From: Octopus vulgaris
Taxonomy: Eukaryota
Assembly: GCA_951406725.2 (NCBI GenBank)
Contig: OX597818.1
Span: forward strand, 96,472,001-96,536,000
DNA: 64,000 nt
Direction: 5' to 3'
Shown here piece after piece: positions 12,424-26,689 of this stretch. The notes beneath the pieces were generated by a model, which saw only the letters and a program-made list of their open reading frames with translations, ran no database searches and was not told the origin of the DNA. Position numbers and translations under genes: made by a program. Numbering within the stretch: the first letter of the stretch is position 1; every line of letters starts with the position of its first letter.

Positions 12424-12696
12424 TACGCTCACACATGCACACACACGCACATACATACATAGATACATACAAATACATGTGTGTGTGTGTATATGTATTT
12501 AACTTCCTAATGTGTAGCGGTGTCTATATTCGCCTATAAAACTTTGTTCAAAAAGACATTAAAGTCAGCTGCGCTAAATAACTAGTTTTGTTTATGGGTT
12601 GAAAATTATATCAAAAACAAAAGGCTTCATTGAATAGCGTCTGAAAATAGTATTATTGCAGGACAAGCGTCATGATGCAACTCGTTTTTACACACA

Positions 12697-12772
<76 letters not shown>

Positions 12773-12799
12773 TCCATACGCACGCACACACACACACAG

Positions 12800-13062
12800 A
12801 TATAATGCTAATTCCAAGCGGTTCAAGTAGTTTGAAAATGGTGGACGTCTCGTGATCTGCCTTGTGAACACCAACGACAGTTATACGATTTTCTTTCACA
12901 CTCCATTCCTTTGTTAAATAGGAAAATTAGATCAGTTAGTACCTGAAATTCAATGCGGACGGTTATTAGCTGGTGACTGATAGACAGGGAAAATATTTTA
13001 GGAGCAAAGACTTATGAAAAGTTAAGGAGAAAATTTGTAACGGTATTTATGGCAATTCTTGG
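12800..13062 (-). mobile_element. maT (DD37D, Bmmar1-like) transposon 5' fragment
   Basis: TIR-like CCAAGAATTGCCATAAATACCGTTACAA next to TA. ATG at 12906 gives MEWSVKENRITVVGVHKADHETSTIFKLLEPLGIS, resembling the Bmmar1 N-terminus. Confidence 0.7.
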
Positions 13063-13249
13063 TATACACACACACACACACACACATTCATTCATGCATG
13101 CAAACATGTGTGTATGTATGGATGTAATTTAGCGTGGTGATCTCCACCACGCCAAATCGTAAACTACCGGCAAAAACACGGACCGTATACATTAAGTATA
13201 TGTAGTCGATAATGTTTTTTACGCTAGCGCTGTTTCTATTTCATATTTG

Positions 13250-13563
13250 AATACATGCATACATACATGCATACATACATACATACATAAATACATTAAT
13301 ACATACATGCACACATACATACATGCATGCATACATACATACATTAATACATACATACACACACATACATACATACATACATACATACATACATACATAC
13401 ATAAATACATTAATACATACATATACATACATACATACATACATACATACATGCATACATACATAAACACATTAATACATACATACATACATACATACAT
13501 ACATACATACTGACATACATACATACATACATACATACATACATACATACATACATACATACA

Positions 13564-13595
<32 letters not shown>
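13250..13595. repeat. (TACA)n microsatellite with interruptions
   Basis: Seen directly in the sequence. Confidence 0.95.
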
Positions 13596-13597
<2 letters not shown>

Positions 13598-14827
13598 CTC
13601 ATTAAACATTCAGCATCAATAATTATTGATTATATTTGACGGCCGTTAATAAATGACAAATTTCTTCGTTGAAAATTAAAGTTAAATATCTTTTCCATAA
13701 TCTGTTAGACTAATTCACTGGTTCTCACGTACAATAAAGAAGCTGCGATATATTAAGTTTTTATAAGACGAAATTAAAGAGAAAATGACAGGCAGTGACA
13801 TACAGCTTAATCAGAAGTGACGAAGAGCGACAAGTCGCCAGAAGGAGCGGACAGCAGAAGTTAACAACGTCAAGTGATATTAAAGCATCATGATATAAGT
13901 GAAAAAATGAAAACAGCAAGACAAAAGAGAATTATTCAAGAGGGTTAGGTGTAATTGGTACAAAAATATCAAGAAAGCGGCAGACGTATGGAAAAAGCGT
14001 CTATAAAAAGGAATTAAACTCATCAATAACAATGGATGCTTTTGTAATTATAGTAATAATCACCAAGTGTTAGTAAATAATGTAATTATGTCGTAATGTC
14101 TCAGAGAGCAGCTGTAGACTATAAAGTGACACAATTATCTTTTTAAAACATGAATAAATGGTGATATATATCAACGAGCAGAGCTAAAGGCAAATGATAA
14201 ATACTGAATATATAGAATGCGGTTGCAAGGAGGAACCAGCGATAGCAAGGAATTTTCAAAGACATAAAAGAATGAGTAACAACTTGTCTGTTATGATCAG
14301 CCATCATGAAAGTGTGATGAGCAGTGATAAACTTGTAGAGTAAATTGTCAACAGATGAAAGTAAATGACGTGATGAAATTCTGCAACAAATTTCAACAAA
14401 CGATAAGACATCATTACGCAGTTATTTTCAGTTAAAATAAAATAATGGAAACTTAATTAATTTGTGAAGCTTCCTAGATATTTTTAGACTGGTTACATTT
14501 CCTGTTAACTCATCCTTATCATTTTGGCTACTTAACAAATGAATACGACGTTTATTGAAGGCGAAAACCGGAAGAGAGCTGAACTATCATCGTCACATCA
14601 CATTCCCTAGAAAATCCAACTCTTCCATCCACTAATATATAATTACTCCCTAATTGAACTCAACCAGTGAATTGACTTTCGTTTTGCATTCACTGTATCA
14701 TTACCACAATCAACTGTCCATCACTGACCATCACTGTCGCCATTAACCTTCCGCCATAATTTTTGTCATCATCACCAAACTCCTGTCCACTACACGTACT
14801 CTCTCACCAAAATTAGAATAACTGGTT

Positions 14828-14969
14828 TCTTCTTCTTCTTCTTCTTCTTCTTCTTCTTCTTCTTCTTCTTCTTCTTCTTCTTCTTCTTCTTCTTCTTCTT
14901 CTTCTCCTCCTCCTCCTCCTCCTCCTCCTCCTTCTTCTTCTTCTTCTTCTACTTGTGCTGCTGCTGCTA

Positions 14970-15045
<76 letters not shown>

Positions 15046-15075
15046 CACCACTACTACTACTGCTGATGCTGCTGC
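14828..15075. repeat. compound trinucleotide array (TTC)n-(TCC)n-(TAC)n-(CAC)n
   Basis: Seen directly; followed by degenerate trinucleotide-rich sequence to ~15760. Confidence 0.95.
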
Positions 15076-16092
15076 TACCACTCCTGTTTTTGCTACCACC
15101 ATCATTGCAGCACCAACGCCTATACCACTACTGCCAAAATTAACTGTCTGAACCACAAACTCAACCCTCACCACCTATTCACATCAATATCACTATTAAC
15201 TTCGTCACCACCGTTACCACTATGTCCATCTGTACAATTGTCAACACCACTACCACCAGCATCACCAACACCACCACTATCATCCGTGCCTTCGTCGCCA
15301 TTTCCACTTTCACCACCATCGCAACTTGGCACATACAATGTCTACAGAAAAATAGAATCATCAAATTCCGTTTTATATTATAACTGTCATCAAAATCGCT
15401 ACAACCATCATCACTACAGTTGCTTCACCATCTTCATCAACACCGCCAACACCACCACCATCGCCACCACTTCTTTTCTAGTTTCCTTCTATTTTAACAG
15501 AAGACAACTGTTGCCGCCGCCAACATTATATTGACTGATATTTGAAGTCGTTGTTGCTGTGGTTGCACTTTTTTCTTATATTTGCTTCTTCTGTTATTCT
15601 TGTCGCTGTTGTTATTATTCTAGCTGCTGTTGTTCTTGCTTTGTTGTTGTTGATCTTGTTTTGCTATTTTTGCTGTCGCTGCAGTTGTTATTGCTTTGTT
15701 GTTTTTGTTGTTGTTGCTATCAATAGTTGTGGCCATATCGTTGTTAGTATTTTTCTTTGATACTCTTATTACTTGCGTTATTGTTATATATTTGTGCCTA
15801 AATATTTAATAGTTCTGTGGATTTTTCTTTTATAGTATCCAGTTTAGAGACGTAGTTTGTAGTAGCTTCTCTTTTTGCGTTTCATCTGGAACAAAAAAAA
15901 AGTAATTCATTTTCCTGGAGACACTGTTCTAGTTGTTGAATGCCATTGTTGGTTTCCTGAAGAATCTCTCGACTTGAGTCGCCGTTGCACTATGTACTGA
16001 ACCCAGTAGCCACACTATTAAAGATCAGTGCTAGCAATGGGATTGTGCAGTATTTACAGTGGTGATCAGCGTTTGGTTGTTTGTATATGTGA

Positions 16093-16413
16093 AGGCGCGT
16101 GGTTTAGTGGTTGGGAGCATTCGGCTCATGATCGTAAGGTCGTGAGTTCAATTCCCGGCGGCGCGTTGTGTCCTTGAGCAAGACATTTTATTTCACGTTG
16201 CTCCAGTCCACTCAGCTGGTAAAAACGAGTAGTACCTGTATTTCAAAGGGCCAGCCTTGTCACACAATGTGTCACGCTGAACCTCCCCGGGAACTACGTT
16301 AAGGGTACACGTGTTTGTGGAGTGCTCAGCCACTTGCACGTTAATTTCACGAGCAAGCTGTTCCGTTGATCGTATCAGCTGGGACCCTCGTCGTCGCAAC
16401 CGACGGAGTGCTC
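16093..16413 (+). mobile_element. SINE, head B plus tail T1
   Basis: Head matches the 11345 and 42706 copies; tail matches the 8318 copy. Confidence 0.85.
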
Positions 16414-16849
16414 CTTTTATATGGCAAAGCTAAACTCTACGTGAAAGCGATTGACTCTTATTGTACTTGAAACAATATTTCTTTCATGCAAGCGTAGTTG
16501 TTAAAGCCACAAAGTTGTAGAGGTTTGGATGGAAATGAGGCTCAGATAATTATAGTTATATTCCTCGTTTTGTCTGGAGAAAGCAAAGCCACTATCTCTT
16601 CCAAGGTAACATCTTCCTGGAGCATCTTTTCTGGAAAGCTCTGCGGTATGTTTTATAAGCATAGAAAGCAACTGTTTTGATATGTGAACGGGAGGTTGGC
16701 TCATAGATATAATGCAAACACTGTGTGATGTTTAAATACGTAATTAAAACTCCTCATTTAAAAATCTCATCTTGAAAAGGTTAGTACGTAGTTTCAAATA
16801 CGCGTACCATAGAAGATATATATACATTCATATGTATTTGTTTACATTT

Positions 16850-17047
16850 AGACACAAAGCTGGCAATACTGGGGAGAAGAGGTTGATCGATACCAGGGAC
16901 CCCAGTACTTAATTGGTATCTTAATTTTCGGCCCCGAAAGGATAATAAAACAAACAAAACCCAATGCTGACTTCGGCAGCATTTGAAACTACAACATGAT
17001 GAGCCGAAAGAAATACTGCAATGTATTTGTCCGACACTCTAACAGTT
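16850..17047 (-). mobile_element. old SINE family D copy
   Basis: Reverse complement of the 2874-type body (CCCCAGTAC..CCCCGAAAGGAT..CGGCAGCATTTGAA). Confidence 0.6.
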
Positions 17048-17687
17048 GCATAAGCTCTAACAGATCCTGGTCCGTGTAGTGCATTGTGTCCTTCAGCCAG
17101 ACACCCCATTTCATGTCACTCCAAATTCTGCTGGTGAAAACGAATAGCAGCCAACTAATCTATTCTGCTCTTATATTCTGGACGTTTCGTCGGGTCAAGT
17201 CTGGGAGGACTGTGAGGCGTCTGTATGTCTGCTTGCAACTATACAGACATCAAAAACAATTAGTAAAAACCCGGTATTCGTTACCAAGAAATAGCTCTTG
17301 CTAGCGACAGCTACACATTCTTTGTTTGTAGATTTTGAGTATTGTATATATATATGGTTCTATGGTATATATATATACGTATGTATTTATGTATTTATGT
17401 TTATGTATGTATACATCTGTGCACGTGTATATCTTGAAGGTTATATTTACATTGACAGTTTCCTCGAGTTTCAGATATTAGTGCACAGATATTTAAACTA
17501 AAGTGGATGTTTCTATATATGCTACGAATTCATATCAATTTCCATTTGGCAAATGATACTCAAAAATATTTGCATACATACATACATGCATACATACATA
17601 CATACATACATACATACATACATACATACATACATACATGCATAAATACAAACATATATACATATATAATATATATGTATACATAAG

Positions 17688-17743
<56 letters not shown>

Positions 17744-17869
17744 TGTGTCTGTGTGTGTATGTATGTATACACATATATTTATACACTATACACACACACA
17801 CACACACAGATAGAATATTTAAGGAAGTCTATATTCACGTGTGTTTGTACCTGTTTCTATATATGTATG

Positions 17870-17915
<46 letters not shown>

Positions 17916-18531
17916 TGTATGTATGTATGTATGTATGTATATGTATGTGTGTGTATATATACATGCAAACACACATGTACATATGTAGTCTGTGAGAATG
18001 TAACATACATATATATGCTTATATATATAGGTGTGTATAGATAAAAATATATACATGCATGTGTACATTAACACACGCGCACACCATGCATATATGTATG
18101 TACATATACCCACTCACGCATTTTGTCTGTTACCATAGTTATCTAGAAGGTCGATGCCTGGATCCATTAGAGAACTATGCGTAGATTGCTGTGAATTAAT
18201 TGATACTGAATATAGATTTCGATGAATTAATTCCATTTATTTTAAGTACTACCAAGGATACTGTCTTTCAGTTCGGCTTAACAGAGATAACGTGTGTAGA
18301 TCGATGCCAAATGAAGAAATTGGCCCAATATCTTTGGTTTATTGAGTGACGACCAATCAAGGATTACACCGCCACCTGGTTGTTTCACGTAATAGGTGTT
18401 ATTTAGTTTAAAATGTTTTCTATAAATAAAAACCGTTCATGAGAGTTATGATATTTTTAATGTATTTTTCCAATCAACATCACGTTCTTTCAGTCATTCA
18501 CACACACATACACACACTTACACACACACAC

Positions 18532-18565
<34 letters not shown>

Positions 18566-20166
18566 ACACACACTTACACACACACACGCGCACACATTTA
18601 ATTATTAGCGTCGGAAGTAGCATCTATGCCAAAATTATATCCAACTTAATATGGATGTCTTGTTAGAAAACCGAATACTGTGTTATTAGTCTTGAAAGAT
18701 CCTCTCATATTGGCAACTGATGTGTAAAAGCACACAGATGAGATCGTAGCAGACGAGAATAATCTATCATGGACGTCGGAACCTCATATCTCGTGATTTC
18801 ATTCTACTGGAAATCATCAGTGAGAGGTGTACGGTCACAGCAGGGCAGTCAAATCCCGCTGGTACAATATATAGAATATTAGCATCTTTAAGACACTGAA
18901 ATCGCAAATGGCCGGCAGGCTAATAAAAGAATTAATTATTAGCGATGAAATCAGTATCAATACCAAAAGGTATTCTTTATAACCAACTTAACATACTGTA
19001 GCAGCGAAATTATTTATATATATTTGTATGATAGTCTCTCGAGTCCGAGAAAGACAGTTCTGAAATTTCTTGCTGAACAACTTGCACGGATAATTTGTTT
19101 ATAATGATCAAATATTCATACGGCATATATTAGCTCACTCCTGCCATCAAATCATCATTAGCTATATAGGTGTACAGTGTTCCACAAGTTAGACGTCGAA
19201 GTGATCGTTGAGCCAAATAAGATGAAGCGTCTTGCTCAAGAACACCATGTACTGCCCGGTTCTAATCTCTCTAAAACTACGTCTCATCTTACGGACAGAT
19301 ATATTGGATAATATTACTAGTATTACACGCTACTATAGAAGGCTGTTCTTGTTGTTTAGTACCAAAGACGTAATTGATGCTAAGCAACAGCAGCAACACG
19401 GAACTGTAAAAGCAGCAACAACAACGACAATAACAACATAGAAGAGCAATAATAACAACAAGAGCATGGTTAACATGGAAGATATAATAATAAACAATAC
19501 GATGTTGTATAATTTAGGCACAAGGCCAACAATTTTGTGAGGAGGGGCTTTAGTCGATATTCTGACCCCTGTACTTTAGTGGTGCCTTGTTTTATCCATC
19601 TCCGAAGAAATGAAAGACAAAGTGAAATGAATGTGGATCGCAAGAACAATTTACTGCGAAGTCATCCTTGTTATATATATTTAAATGCTTGCCACAAACA
19701 CTCTCTAAAACTATTGGTGTCTTTTTCGTGTATCTAAGATTTTAGGTCCATTATATTTCAGAGAGCAGACCGATGACGCATTATGACGCCCAGTCTATCG
19801 AGTATACCAACGGCTTACGTACTCTGACTGAAATTGTTTGTAGTTTACATCACTTTTCCTCGCTGTTTAGAGTCACCTATTATAGAACTATATACGTTGT
19901 AGATTCTTCACAGAAGTTACTCTATTTGTAATAGATATATTTCTTTATTTCTCATCAAAAGTGTTTCGCTCTAATTTTATTTATTTTGCCATTTAAAAGT
20001 TTTGCCGTTTTGAGTGGAGCGATATATATCTCAAACGTTAATGAACTTAATTTAATATCTAAGCAGACAACCTTCGTACAGAAATTAATTTTTCTCTTCA
20101 CAATCTGTATAGTGTCTTTTCTAGAACTATTATAATTAGTAATAATAGAATTACTGTTGGTGTTCA

Positions 20167-20382
20167 GGCGGCGAGTTGGCAGAATCATTAGCACGCCGGA
20201 AAAATGTTTAACGGCATGTCTTCTGGTTCTTTTCATCTTCATTTCACGTACCACCGAAGTCTACTTTCACTTTCATCCTTTCGAGATCGATTAAAAAAAT
20301 ACCAATTGAGTATTCAGATCGATGAAATCGACTAGCCCCTCCCTCAAACTTTTAGGCATTTTGCCTATTTTAGAAAGGATTA
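20167..20382 (+). mobile_element. SINE family D copy
   Basis: GGCGGCGAGTTGGCAGAATCATTAGCACGCC head and CTTTCATCCTTTCG block. Confidence 0.75.
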
Positions 20383-20615
20383 GGTTCCGGGTTCAGTCAT
20401 ACTGCGTGGCACCTTGGTTAAGTGTCTTCTACGATAGCCTCAGGCTGACCAAAGCCTTGTGAGTGGATTTGGTAGACGGAAACTGAAAGAAGCCCGTCGT
20501 ATATATGTATATATATATAAATGTATGTGTGTGTATATGTCTGTTTGTCCCACCAACATCGCTTGAAAACCGATGGTGGTGTGTTTACATCCCCGTAACT
20601 TAGTAGTTCGGCAAA
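20383..20615 (+). mobile_element. SINE family C (CORE-like), partial
   Basis: GGTTCCGGGTTCAGTC..GGCACCTTGG..GTGAGTGGATTTGGTAGACGGAAACTGAAAGAAGCCCGTCG plus internal microsatellite. Confidence 0.8.
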
Positions 20616-20931
20616 ATCCGCTTCAGGTCGAGTAGACCATCCCGCTCAAAAGGTCCTTGAACAGGAGGTGAATTATCCAAACCTCCAAGAATTCCTCTCA
20701 ACACATGACTATGATGCTCCCCCACTACTTCTGCACATATCATCAGCCACTAAGGGACATGCTCAACTGGTTAAAGTCAAACAACTGACAAGCAAATCTG
20801 TGGTATTGAGCAGAATAATTGTTGTAGCCCATCTTTTATACCAAGACAAAACAATGTACATGATAACACTTCCAGTCAGTTAAGATCAGAAGCCATGAGA
20901 GTCACTGTCTGGTACTGCATCAGGGCATCAA

Positions 20932-21105
20932 TTCTTCTTCTTCTTCTTCTTCTTCTTCTTCTTCTTCTTCTTCTTCTTCTTCTTCTTCTTCTTCTTCTTC
21001 TTCTTCTTCTTCTTCTTCTTCTCCTTCTCCTTCTTCTTCTTCTCCTCCTCCTCCTCCTCCTCCTCCTTCTTCTTCTTCGTCTTCTTCTTCTTCTTCTTCT
21101 TCTTC

Positions 21106-21145
<40 letters not shown>

Positions 21146-21152
21146 CATCATC

Positions 21153-21184
<32 letters not shown>

Positions 21185-21261
21185 CATCATCATTATTATT
21201 ATTACTATTATTATTATTATTATTATTACTATTATTATTATCAACATCATCATCATCATGT

Positions 21262-21293
<32 letters not shown>

Positions 21294-21303
21294 ATCATCG
21301 TCA
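20932..21303. repeat. compound trinucleotide array (CTT)n-(CCT)n-(ATT)n-(CAT)n
   Basis: Seen directly in the sequence. Confidence 0.95.
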
Positions 21304-22121
21304 TATCACATTTGCTAAATTTTGATTCGTTTATAGAATGTGTGCAAATAATTTTTCTTTTCCGATTGATGTTTCGCTGTTTTAAAAAAATTCTTTTCTT
21401 TTCCGTTTATTCAGTAGTTATTTTTTTTTATCTAAACATATGTCAGATATAAAGATAATATTTAAAATAAAAAAAGAAAAACCGCTTCCCAGTTTACTTT
21501 AGAGCACCATTATACTATTTCAAATCAAACGTTCAATCAAAAATAGAATATGTTCAAGAGAAAGGAAATAAGGAAAAAATGCATTCGTGTGGCGGACTGG
21601 CCAAATTATACCAGAATTTCAAATTATATGAAACTATTCCAATTTTAGTACGATTAATTAGTTGTGGTGCTCCATTTCAATATTTGAATCATTTGAAGTG
21701 TAGCTGGCTGGTTTCTTTTTAAAACAACTTTTACCAAGATATTTGAGAGAATTGAATTTTTCCTTTTTCGTATATTAATTCCTTATTTCTGTGTCAAAAA
21801 CATTGCACTGAAAGCTTTATAAAATGTCATTTCATGTTTCAAAAATTGGATTTGATTTCCTAAAAGTTTCTTTATTAGCATATTTGGCAGGATTTTAAAA
21901 CACATTTCAAACGCTCTTAAAATCTTCGGTCAAAATCTTCGAACTGTTTCAACTGCATGATGATACGGAACTATTTGTTTTTCGAGTTATGTCACTTTTG
22001 AAATGGACGTCAACAGCAATTCTTTTAGCCCCAATCATTAACATAGATATATCATTAACATAAATATAACATTTACATAACTAGATCATTAACATAAATG
22101 TAACATTAACATAACTATAGT

Positions 22122-22397
22122 GTGGAGGTGCAATGGCCCAGTGGTTAGGACAGCGGACTCGCGGTCGGAGGATCGCGGTTTCGATTCCCAGACCGAGGCT
22201 CCGGCAGCGGGTGGTGGCAACCCCTGTTGTACTCTTTCGCCACAACTTTCTCTCACTCTCTCTTCCTGTCTCTTGAGTAATGCTGCGATGGACTGGCGTC
22301 CCGTCCAGCTGGGGGGCGGAAACATGCGCCACAGAAACCGGGAAACCGGGCCCATGAGCCTGGCTAGGCTTGAAAAGGGCGGTGTTTATCGTTATTG
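22122..22397 (+). mobile_element. SINE, head A plus tail T2 (internally deleted)
   Basis: Head as in the 8318 copy; tail GGCGTCCCGTCCAGCTGGGG..GAAACCGGGAAACCGGGCCCATGAG; 13-bp TSD TAACATAACTATA at 22107-22119 and 22398-22410. Confidence 0.85.
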
Positions 22398-22491
22398 TAA
22401 CATAACTATAAGCATTAACAATGCTAGAAATTAAAAAAAATAAATAATAGTTATGTGAAATGTTAGCATTTCTAGATTGCTTTTGCTTTAC

Positions 22492-22612
22492 ATATTTGGC
22501 CACATCACTTTGAAAACATCAGTTCTCGTCCGGTCGTCGAAGTTAGGTTAGGTCAAGCCGAGTTTAATACTTATATGGGTGACTGCTGAAAAAAGTTAGC
22601 TGCAGAAGCCTT
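22492..22612 (+). pseudogene. degenerate 5S rRNA pseudogene
   Basis: GGCCACATCACTTTGAAAACATCAGTTCTCGTCCG..GAAGTTAG..TAATACTTATATGGGTGACTGC aligns by eye along the ~120-nt animal 5S rRNA. Confidence 0.75.
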
Positions 22613-22621
22613 AATTTACCT

Positions 22622-23010
22622 GCAGATATGGCTGTATGGTAAAGAAGTTTGCTTAGTAACTACGTGGTTTCGGGTTCCCTTTCGCTGCACGGCACATTTG
22701 GCGTCTTCTACTAGAGCCCAGGGTCGACTAATGACTTGTGAGTGAATTTGGCGGAAGGAAACTGGGAACTCGTCGTGTATATATGTGTGATGTGTGCGTG
22801 AGTGCGCGTGAGTGCATGTGTGTCTGTGTTTGTCACTGCCAACCGCTTGCCAATAATCATTGGTTCGTTTACGCCCCCGTAACTAAGTAAAGGGAGCGAC
22901 AGAATATATACCATGCTTTTAAAAAATAATTACTGGGGTCAAATTGTTCGACTATACGTTTCAAGGAGCTGTCTCAGCATGGCTGTAGTCCAGTGACCGA
23001 AACAAAGAAG
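22622..23010 (+). mobile_element. old SINE family C copy
   Basis: ATGGCTGTATGGTAAAGAAGTTTGC head through CAGCATGGCTGTAGTCCAGTGACCGAAAC tail. Confidence 0.75.
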
Positions 23011-23886
23011 ACAATAAAAATATTATGAGATTGATTACATCTATAAGAAGATGCCTCTCCATTCACCATTGATGACCGCCGCTTTGACCAGGAAGAACTG
23101 ACGTCATGAAACTGTGCCGAAAGATCACAGGGCGTTTCAACTTGCACCATAACACTCTTTCCCTGATGGATCGGCATTGGTGGCCAAATCACTGCTGATT
23201 GTTACCCCTCGGTTTCCAGGTCAACTCATTTCCCCAGTTTTTTTTTTCATATGCTTCGATGACCTTCTGGGAAATAGCGTGTATGGTGTATTCAGCTTTT
23301 ATGCAGTATATTTTTCCTGAAACTTCCATAAAATAATTAGCCACATTTGAATTTCTATTACATCCATATAGCGGAATGGAAATAGCAGTTCCATATTCAG
23401 CGAACGAACGTTTGTTGGAAATTTTTGTAAAATATATTGTAAATAAGCAAGGGGAAAGTAGAATTTGAAATTCAGAGATTGTAGTAATTGGTCTTTCTTA
23501 TTTACTGTTTAAATATCAGGTTTGCCATTAGTGTCTACAAAGCTATGTGTATATTTCCTATACTTCAAAACAGAACCGGAAATATAGTATGTACATTAGT
23601 CTAATCAACCTCAGCAGTTTAGAATATAATTACTATTCAACTTTTACTATTTTTCTGTGTTCAAGAATACTGTGTGATAATTCGATATTCTTCTAATTTT
23701 TATTGTAACCCTCTTAGTTTGATGATACAATTCGGTGGAATCTGAACGGAAAAATACATTAATAAAATACATTTATCTTTAGCACTCGGTAAATTTTATA
23801 AATTAATAAATTGATAAACTATCGCAAAAATAATATCAGTAAACAATATAGATAAGTCTTTCATAAAAACATATACAAGTGAACAA

Positions 23887-23938
<52 letters not shown>

Positions 23939-24705
23939 TTGCATTTAAAACTTTCAACGAGTTCACTTGAAAATTTAGAGTATATTCCAAACCATTTTAT
24001 GATGGTGGAAATGTTAAAATCGTAGAAATGCCGGCCTGGTATTATGAAGTTAAATATGAGTATTTTTACCCACTTCTCTGAGCTGCAAAGTAAGTACCAG
24101 TAATATACTGCAGTGGATTCAATTGACAAAAATGATTTCTCAAAAACTTCAAGTTGTTTTTCTTTTTCTGCTTAATGTTATGACCTGCTTCATCTTTTGT
24201 CTTTTCGCTGAGTCCTAAAAAATAAGATTACATTGTGTTAGCAGGAAGTAGAACATAAATCAATGGACGTGGAATATGAATTATTGGATTTACTGGATAT
24301 GATAGCAGGCATGAAATCTTATCTTCAGTAGAACATAAGCAAATTTAATTTTACGTCTACAACCCTAAAATTCAGTATTTGTTCACCTTAAAAAATATTA
24401 ATGTGACATACGTTAGGCTTTATGGCATATTCGATTCGAGTCAGCCATGGCATAATGTAGCTATTCTGACAAAGTAATTAACTGATAGAGGGCACCACTG
24501 CAAAAATGTACGTGATACCACTCAATAAGTTAGAGAGAGAGAAAAAACAACAGATATATCTTAAATTTCCCTTCTCCTGCCTCTTGTATATATTTAGGGC
24601 TATGTACCTAATAACACAAAATCAATACAGCTATGAACTCATCCACTGACATCCCCACCACATGTACTTATACACACACACACGTGTGTGTGTGTGTATG
24701 TGTAC

Positions 24706-24758
<53 letters not shown>

Positions 24759-24788
24759 TATGCATGTACGTATTATACACATATAAGC

Positions 24789-24823
<35 letters not shown>

Positions 24824-25013
24824 TACCATTTTATTTTTTGTTTTCCATTTAATATACTTTAAAGTTGCATTTTATATTTTTTACACTTAACGAATTCCTC
24901 TTATAATTACCTGTAATACTTTAATCGCATCTTCCACAGATGATCTGATCAGCTTAAATATAATTTCATTGTTCTCTTTCAGCTGGCGATAATGCTATAA
25001 TATCGAAGAACAC

Positions 25014-25055
<42 letters not shown>

Positions 25056-25445
25056 GAGGGAGAGAGAGAGAGAGAGAGAGAGAGAATCCATTGCTTATTA
25101 TTATTTTGTATTTTATTTTATTTCGTACAGAAGCAGACATGTTGGCAAAATACACTCAGGCAAGCGACGAAGTACAGACATTAACGAAGCGGTAATTTCA
25201 AACACCCAAGCACGAACTAATAGAGACAATCACCACAGACACACCTAAACATCGGATCTCTCATAGTGAAGAGTCGTTAATACAGATTCATAAAATACGT
25301 TCGTATACATACGCACGAAGGATTTGCAAGCGGACAGTTAAACTCATGGACACAAAAATATAAAGGCATATATAGACATTCAGAAAAGCATAGCATGGCA
25401 ATTCGAATCTTCTCACATTAAGAGGACAACACACAAGCTCTCTCT

Positions 25446-25486
<41 letters not shown>

Positions 25487-25659
25487 TTCTCTCTCTTTCT
25501 CTCTCTTTCTCTCTACCTATCTCTCTAGCTCTCTTACATGCACACACACACGTAAGACATTGATAAACAGGTGGGTACTCATATGAATGCAGAAAGCTAT
25601 GATAGGGATCGGTTTGGTATTGTTGTAGAGAGACACAAATCATACAGCGTTGTAGACGT

Positions 25660-25891
25660 AGGCATGGCTGTGTGTAAGAAGCTTACTTCCTAGCTATATG
25701 GTCGAGAGTTCAGTCCTACTGTGTGACACCTTAGGTTAGTTTCTTCTAATTTAGCTGAAAGCCAATCAAAATCATGTGAGTGGATTTGATAAACGGAAAC
25801 TGAAAGAAACCTGTCGCGTTTGTATGTCTGTATATGCGTGTGTGTGTATATATTTATATTTATATGCATGTGTGTATATATATATGAGTGC

Positions 25892-25944
<53 letters not shown>

Positions 25945-26245
25945 CACACACACACATTCACACACAGTCACACATAAAAACACACGTATATGTGAGTGTG
26001 CTTGTAAGGATGTGTATGCACGAGCATCTGCATGCGCATGTATGTGTGTATGTGTGTGTGTGTACACCTGTATTCGTATGTCTGCACCATGGCAGAATGG
26101 TTAAGAACCTTACTTGGCAATCACGAGGTCCTGGTGTCGATTCTACTCCGTGGTATCTGAGGCAAGTGTCTTTCACCATTGCTTCAGGTCGACCCTTAAC
26201 TTGTGAGTGTAATTGGGTATAGGGAAACTGTACTGAAGCTCGTCA
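25660..26245 (+). mobile_element. two 5' halves of SINE family C separated by microsatellites
   Basis: Heads at ~25660 and ~26090, each ending near GGAAACTG..GAAGC. Confidence 0.6.
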
Positions 26246-26689
26246 GAGGGATTGTAGCCATAATTGTTACGCACACTGTACCACACTGATTCTGATTGTG
26301 AATTCCATTAAGGATATAAATATCTGGGGAGCACTCACACGCTTACACACTAATGCAATGGGCAGGTAATTCAATTGATCAAACAACTGCATTCGGATCG
26401 TCGAAATCGACGGAAATCCATTAACATATATATCTTTGTAGCTACGTTTAATGAAAACCGTGTTGAGGCATGGCGACATTGGGCAGTTGCCTGGGGTCCT
26501 CACAAGTCTAGGGATCCAATTCGGATCAACGAATACTGTGGCTTGATACCAATAAATAAATACTATAGGACATATTGCACTGATTGGCCCGGGAGCCAAT
26601 GATGCTGCTAAGACAACCTTGCATCTAACAAATGAATTCGATCTTATACATCTACATAGCGTCATACGAAGATGAATTGTATATCTTTC

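Noticed and set aside
20876-21452. Poly-Arg / poly-Leu / poly-Ile ORFs
   Set aside because: They are trinucleotide array artefacts.
22033-22119. Short ATCATTAACATA repeats resembling a repeat-spacer array
   Set aside because: Only about three degenerate AT-rich units with related spacers in eukaryotic DNA; a minisatellite, not CRISPR.
23030-23650. Possible minus-strand CR1/L2 LINE relic
   Set aside because: Too decayed to recover convincing motifs by eye.
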